Source of the DNA: Planctomycetota bacterium
GTDB lineage: Bacteria; Planctomycetota; UBA11346
Reading direction: 5' to 3'
Assembly: GCA_038231435.1 (NCBI GenBank)
Contig: JBBRLJ010000006.1
Coordinates: 61,359-125,358 of the forward strand
DNA length: 64,000 nt
Made by a program: the position numbers and the translations under genes. Shown in pieces: positions 59,539 to 64,000 of the stretch (the first letter of the stretch is position 1; every line of letters begins with the position of its first letter). The notes under the pieces were generated by a model that was not told where the DNA came from, did not search any database, and saw only the letters and a program-made list of their open reading frames with translations.

Positions 59539-59626
59539 GGGGTGGTTCCCGTGTGGCGCCTCGCATCTGTCAGGATGCGGGGCGTCGGCTTTTTAAGGCC
59601 GACGCCACAGCGGCGCAGTGATGAGG

Positions 59627-59932
59627 TCAGGCGCTCGTGCGCGGGTTCCAGGCAAGGGCATCGGACCGCTTGATCAGATGCCGCAGCTTCCCGGCCCCAC
59701 GGCCAGGCGAAGATCGGTCAGCCGGCAACTGGCCGGTCTGGATTGCGTCAAACACCGTTGAAGTGCGGCACTTTCTCAGGCGCGCGACAGCGGTCGCGGA
59801 CATCAGCGTGTCGGACTCGCTCGTGCATGAGGAGCTTGGCGCACCTGCGATCGCTTCACGAATCAGCGACAGGAACTCGGAGCGTAGGCCTGGCTCCCGA
59901 AGCATCGACGCGAGCAGTTCGGCGCCGCTCAC
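59627..59932 (-). CDS. Excisionase-like HTH protein
   Basis: LMSATAVARL..C..STV..AI..G.LPA.....LI.RSD, an HTH_17-like pattern; GTGA overlap with the upstream gene. Confidence 0.75.
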   Translation of the reverse strand: MSGAELLASMLREPGLRSEFLSLIREAIAGAPSSSCTSESDTLMSATAVARLRKCRTSTVFDAIQTGQLPADRSSPGRGAGKLRHLIKRSDALAWNPRTSA

Positions 59933-60141
59933 AACCGCTCCCCGGACATACTCGCGGCCCGAGCCTCAAGGGCGCTCAGGGCATCCACTGGGACGAGCCA
60001 GCGTCGGCCCACCTGAAAGCCGGGGATCCGGCCGGCTCGCAGCCAATCCCTCACGGTCTCGGGGGAGACACCAAAACGCGTGGCGATATCCTCTGTCCGG
60101 AGGTGAGGGGCTTCTGCGGCAGCTATGGCGTGGGGAGGCAT
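59929..60141 (-). CDS. Excisionase/AlpA-like HTH protein
   Basis: LRTEDIATRFGVSPETVRDWLRAGRIPGFQVGRRWLV, a typical HTH_17 pattern. Confidence 0.85.
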   Translation of the reverse strand: MPPHAIAAAEAPHLRTEDIATRFGVSPETVRDWLRAGRIPGFQVGRRWLVPVDALSALEARAASMSGERL

Positions 60142-60159
60142 GGGCTTTAAACTAGAAGT

Positions 60160-60729
60160 ATGCCGGTTCCCGTCTCTCCCCCCAAAGCCCCCCTAGGAAA
60201 TCGCGCACGGCGCCAGGACCTGAATTCGCCTCCCTTTCGCAGAGTGCTGCTAGATCCGACCGATCCCGAGAAAGTGAAGGCGGTTTACAGCGAGCGTTGG
60301 GATGGGCTGAAGGCGCAGATTGAGCAGAAAACCAGCAAGCCGTTCACGTGGGCCGATTGGCTCCGGAGGTCAGGCCTAGAGGTGACGCGGGGAACCCAAG
60401 AATGGTTTCGCCGTTTGCGATCCGGGGAGCGTCTTGGCCAGCGCGATGAATTAGGAGCATTGCGGCGCGTGGCGCTCCTCATCCCGCTCAAGGAATTCGG
60501 GATTATTGATTCCGAAGAGGATGAATTCGGGTGGTACTTCTCATGGTTATCACCACAGAAGGCGTGGACCACTCAAGACGCGGAAAAAACGCGATCGGTG
60601 ATGAATAATGAGATCGAAATTCCTCTTCGAAAGAGGGAGCAGCAGCGAAAGGAATTGGTTAATGCGGCGGCGAAAAACGATCGGCATATTATTAGACGCC
60701 GCAAGAAGTCGCTGGGAATGAGGCCATGA
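60160..60729 (+). CDS. Putative XRE/CI-like repressor
   Basis: TWADWLRRSGL...WFRRLRSGER.G..DEL.AL..V.L.IPL.E resembles a Cro/CI HTH; divergent from the Xis genes. Confidence 0.55.
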   Translation: MPVPVSPPKAPLGNRARRQDLNSPPFRRVLLDPTDPEKVKAVYSERWDGLKAQIEQKTSKPFTWADWLRRSGLEVTRGTQEWFRRLRSGERLGQRDELGALRRVALLIPLKEFGIIDSEEDEFGWYFSWLSPQKAWTTQDAEKTRSVMNNEIEIPLRKREQQRKELVNAAAKNDRHIIRRRKKSLGMRP

Positions 60730-60771
60730 ATGGCGAGGCGGAATTAGCGAAAGCACGGATCTAGATTATCT

Positions 60772-61674
60772 TTATTGAGCTTCAATTTCCAGACGTTCGA
60801 TCTGGTCGCATTCGGATTTTGCCGAATCCAGAGATAGCCCACGCTTTGTTACTTTAGACTTACCGCTCACAAGCATGTCCCACTTCGCGGGATCTGAACG
60901 GCTTTTCTTTATAGCATACGAATGTGAGATGCCCTGCGCCTTGGCATCGCCTTCGGAATCAACGGTCCAGTATAATTTTAGTCCTTGCTCTGAGCTAAGA
61001 AAAGACCGCCAAAGATCGAGTACCTCGCGGTCTTTCGCCTGAACTTGGCGATGCCCCACAGGATGCGTTTGCGTTAAGACGGCACCGATCACTTCAGTCG
61101 GCCGAATCCACGATGTCGGCCACTCAGCCTTAAAGGCATCGAGATTTTCCGGAGCAAATCTCTCAACCATCTCACAGGCACCAGCAAACCACCTGTCGTC
61201 CTCTGTTCTATGCCCTGGCCAGTCGCTAAGATCGATCAGTGAAATGCCGTGATGAGAAAATAAATTTAATACATACGTAACGCACGATAATCCCAGGCAT
61301 CCTGGGGGTAAATTCGGCGTAAAAGACGTTACGTCAAAGCCGAGAAAGACACCGCCGTGCTTCGCCCCAAAGCGGAAATGAACCCTTTGGCGAAGTTGTT
61401 CGTTGCCAATGTTATGGATTCGCTCAGCTAGGAGGCGTGAAGTTGTGGCGTTGAGCTTAGGGGCGGCCCACCCCCAATAATATTTTGGGGGTCGCTGTGA
61501 CAAGCTCTTTGGGCCTTCGAGATGAAGAAAGCTCATTCCCTCGGAGTCGGGAATATTATAGACTACTCCCAGATGTCCGAGGGATGGATCGCGATCCTTG
61601 AAGATAGAGTTGAAGATTGCAAGTACGGGGAAGTCCGCGTCCACGATGGACCCAGGTAACGCAAATACGGACAT
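60772..61674 (-). CDS. Putative circularly permuted papain-like (NlpC/P60 superfamily) Cys-His enzyme
   Basis: GHLGVVY (His) precedes GLSCVTYV (Cys), followed by IRPTEV, the order seen in permuted YiiX/LRAT-type enzymes; small extra C-terminal domain. Confidence 0.6.
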   Translation of the reverse strand: MSVFALPGSIVDADFPVLAIFNSIFKDRDPSLGHLGVVYNIPDSEGMSFLHLEGPKSLSQRPPKYYWGWAAPKLNATTSRLLAERIHNIGNEQLRQRVHFRFGAKHGGVFLGFDVTSFTPNLPPGCLGLSCVTYVLNLFSHHGISLIDLSDWPGHRTEDDRWFAGACEMVERFAPENLDAFKAEWPTSWIRPTEVIGAVLTQTHPVGHRQVQAKDREVLDLWRSFLSSEQGLKLYWTVDSEGDAKAQGISHSYAIKKSRSDPAKWDMLVSGKSKVTKRGLSLDSAKSECDQIERLEIEAQ

Positions 61675-61680
61675 TTGGTT

Positions 61681-62385
61681 CTATGCAATCGATTGGAGAA
61701 ATTCGATTACTTTATCGGCCGGCAGTTTATCTGGCAGCACCTTAGCGACTTTCGTCAAAAACTGAGATCGAAGACCCTGTAATCCTGGCGAGCCTTTTGT
61801 GATAAACAGGAAAGCCGCACAAACCATTGGCTCAAGGTTGGCCGGATTAGCGTTTAAGAATAATGCTGCAATTTCTTCTCTTCGACGGGCGGAAATCAGA
61901 TTGGTGATGTAGTCGTACGAGCTACGAATTTTCTTTCCTTCAGTCCAATTAACTTGATAGAGAATACAAAGATAAACCTCTGCCTTTAGAGGTCGCAGCA
62001 ATACCAACTCTTCCTGTTCCTCTAACCTTGATGAAAATTTCTTTTTATCGATTTCGACTTCTTCTGCTTCATCAGCCTCCGGGGCACCGAGGGCGGTTTG
62101 GTTCGGTAGCACAGACCACACATGTGCACTCTTAGACTGGCGCGACCAATCCGCGCACCAAAAAACTTGCGACTCACTCGTTGTCCGCCGTCTTGGCGAA
62201 GAATGGGTCGCTGGGATTTGCTTCAGAAGCGATCTGACGTTTTCTTCGATGATGCGATCGGCATCTACGTCAACGAATATTCGACGAGCCTGTTTTTGAA
62301 TGTTTAGGCCGGCAAGATTATTCGAATATAGTTGATTGATTTCGTTATCTTTACCAAAAACTATATCGGCTTCCATAAAGCTCAT
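61681..62385 (-). CDS. Hypothetical protein with all-alpha C-terminal domain
   Basis: 234-aa AT-rich ORF; ATGA overlap with the upstream gene and a 6-bp gap to the downstream gene. Confidence 0.75.
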   Translation of the reverse strand: MSFMEADIVFGKDNEINQLYSNNLAGLNIQKQARRIFVDVDADRIIEENVRSLLKQIPATHSSPRRRTTSESQVFWCADWSRQSKSAHVWSVLPNQTALGAPEADEAEEVEIDKKKFSSRLEEQEELVLLRPLKAEVYLCILYQVNWTEGKKIRSSYDYITNLISARRREEIAALFLNANPANLEPMVCAAFLFITKGSPGLQGLRSQFLTKVAKVLPDKLPADKVIEFLQSIA

Positions 62386-63068
62386 TTGTCGCTCGAACCA
62401 GAGGTTGACGAATCAAACATCAGCGCCTGCGCATTCCGAATTAAAGCTGCTTTGGCGGCAGATCTCGTACATATCTTCTGAAGCTCTGAAAGATCGGAAT
62501 CGTCCAGGGAGAAGTGAATGGTTTTGCGGTCTGGCCCGCCGTCAGTGTAATTAATAACCAATGAATGACCAACCGTGGAGTCAAGAATCTTGTTTCCCTC
62601 CCTATTAAAAACAGGCCGAATATCGGAAATCAGACGCAGGTCCTGAACAATATTTTGGTGGGTGTAGGTAAGATTGATGATTTTATAGAAAACCCCAAAG
62701 GGGTTATCCGAGTCAATGGCATAAGTTAGGCTCTTATGGTTTCGCTTCCAGCCATCTAAAAACTGCTGTTTCCATTCACTCGTGGCGATGGTTTCTAATC
62801 TCTCCGTCAGAGATGCGTAAAGATCCGCGGGTGTCAGTGCGTGAGAATTTCCAATTGAGTGAAAGAGGGCAAGGGCGTCCAATACTTCGCGCAGACGCTT
62901 CTCGTCTAAGCCCGTCATTTTTTTTAATTGAGCAATAACATCATTGAGCGTCTTGCTTTTGTCCAGGCTCCCTATCGAGGCAATCATTGGCTCAAGTTGA
63001 TCAGCCAGCTCTACTATCGTTCCCAAGGCGGGGAGATATTTGGATGGTAGCGAGTAGGTGGCGTTCAA
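62382..63068 (-). CDS. Putative prokaryotic COMM-domain (COMMD-like) protein
   Basis: Helical N-terminal domain, then three strands (QDLRLISDIRPVF / HSLVINY / KTIHFSLD) and a helix (DSDLSELQKICTRSAAK); TTG start; TACACT upstream at 63093-63088. Confidence 0.6.
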   Translation of the reverse strand: MNATYSLPSKYLPALGTIVELADQLEPMIASIGSLDKSKTLNDVIAQLKKMTGLDEKRLREVLDALALFHSIGNSHALTPADLYASLTERLETIATSEWKQQFLDGWKRNHKSLTYAIDSDNPFGVFYKIINLTYTHQNIVQDLRLISDIRPVFNREGNKILDSTVGHSLVINYTDGGPDRKTIHFSLDDSDLSELQKICTRSAAKAALIRNAQALMFDSSTSGSSDK

Positions 63069-63174
63069 ATTGGACTCGATTCAAGTGAGTGTACACCGGA
63101 AACCCTAAACTCGCGCATAGCTAATAGCCTATAGTGCTTAGGGATCTCTCAACGTCCGAAGCCCATGGTGGGGT

Positions 63175-63549
63175 TCATACGGCACCCGGAGCGGACGTTT
63201 TAGCGGAATTGGAGCGTTCGGCTGGCTGACTTCCGCCGGACTCCCACCCCTTCGGTGGCCACCCGCACGCGTCCACGAGCCACACCTGCGGCCAGAGCGA
63301 TGAGCACAGGATGGCAATCGCCGCCTCCGCTGCCGGCATGTCTTCAGCCTTGAGGCCATGGGTGACGCGGTCTTTCGCGCTGACGGTGAGGGGGATCACA
63401 ACCCGCCCCGGCCAGAATTTTCGGTGACAATAATTGTCATTCCATACACCTCGCCTCCGCCGCCCGTAGTCGTCGGCCAGTCCCGGGTGCGAGGCCAACG
63501 CATCCCGCAGCAGCCAGAAATGCATCAGTTGAACTCCGAAATGCATCAA
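63175..63549 (-). CDS. Hypothetical protein, possibly a degraded gene fragment
   Basis: 124-aa ORF with no recognisable motif and a poor start context. Confidence 0.3.
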   Translation of the reverse strand: MMHFGVQLMHFWLLRDALASHPGLADDYGRRRRGVWNDNYCHRKFWPGRVVIPLTVSAKDRVTHGLKAEDMPAAEAAIAILCSSLWPQVWLVDACGWPPKGWESGGSQPAERSNSAKTSAPGAV

Positions 63550-64000
63550 TCCCGGCTCTCATGCCCCAATTCTGATGCACACGATGCGCCGCCAGAGGTG
63601 GGGGTATAGCGCCCTGGCCATCGACGCTACCCCTTGACTAGCCTTTCGAGGTCCGCGGTGGATATGGTGACCGGCGCCCGGCTCTCCTCATGTAGCCGCT
63701 CTGCTTGAGCGAGCCGGGCCGCTACCGCGACCAACTTGACCTCCTCGCCGGTCTGCGCCGCAACCACGTCGTCGCATGCCTTCATCCCATCCATCAGCCC
63801 CTTGAGCGCCGCCTGCCCCTCGCCAGTGAGACGGCCAAGCCCCTTGGTTGCCTGAGCGAGTTGTCCTATCTGCAGTAATGATCTGACGATTAATTAGATA
63901 AAGTAGTTGAGGAATGCCTGCTCCTTCGCGGCGGAGAACCCGCCAAAGGAGGGGCCATGAGCCCAGACGACAACCACACCACCCCCAACGCGCGTGTCGA

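Larger units (their letters stand above)
55620..64000. mobile_element. Phage-satellite/PICI-like integrative element (continues beyond the window)
   Basis: Composition and codon shift after the glnA terminator; repressor / 2x HTH-Xis / primase / VapE helicase / iteron block plus AT-rich cargo; no structural genes or integrase in the window; boundaries approximate. Confidence 0.8.

Noticed and set aside
63550..64000. Short minus-strand frames and a plus-strand start at 63957 (AAGGAGGGG-CC-ATG) running off the window
   Set aside because: Too short or interrupted to assign; needs the adjacent sequence

Overview
GC-rich bacterial chromosome segment, most plausibly from a Planctomycetota-like organism (inferred from gene families, not proven). 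About 1-55,600 is housekeeping DNA that is probably near the origin: maf, hom, two parS palindromes plus parAB, ppdK, cca, dnaN (no dnaA), pckG, pepP, suhB, hisS, rarA, infC, yajC-secDF, an ABC-F ATPase, lon, ruvA, hrpB, a DAHP synthase, rluD-like, rseP, thyA-folA-queF, tsaD, two membrane-anchored coiled-coil/BRCT paralogues and amtB-PII-glnA. From about 55,620 to the window end lies a phage-satellite/PICI-like integrative element. It has an XRE-like repressor, two excisionase-like HTH genes, an AEP primase, a VapE/SF3 helicase and an iteron-rich putative origin; no integrase falls inside the window. The element carries an AT-rich, tightly coupled three-gene cargo operon: a COMM-domain-like protein, a helical protein and a circularly permuted papain-like (NlpC/P60) Cys-His enzyme. 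This is the best candidate for an undescribed system, possibly anti-phage. Other notable signals are a signal-peptide uORF ending RGPRAP-stop upstream of yajC-secDF (candidate arrest peptide), an apparent pseudo-rhomboid, a degenerate HD-GYP protein, a cGNAg-hairpin intergenic element and recurring leaderless-type promoters. All calls come from reading motifs by eye; no database searches were run.
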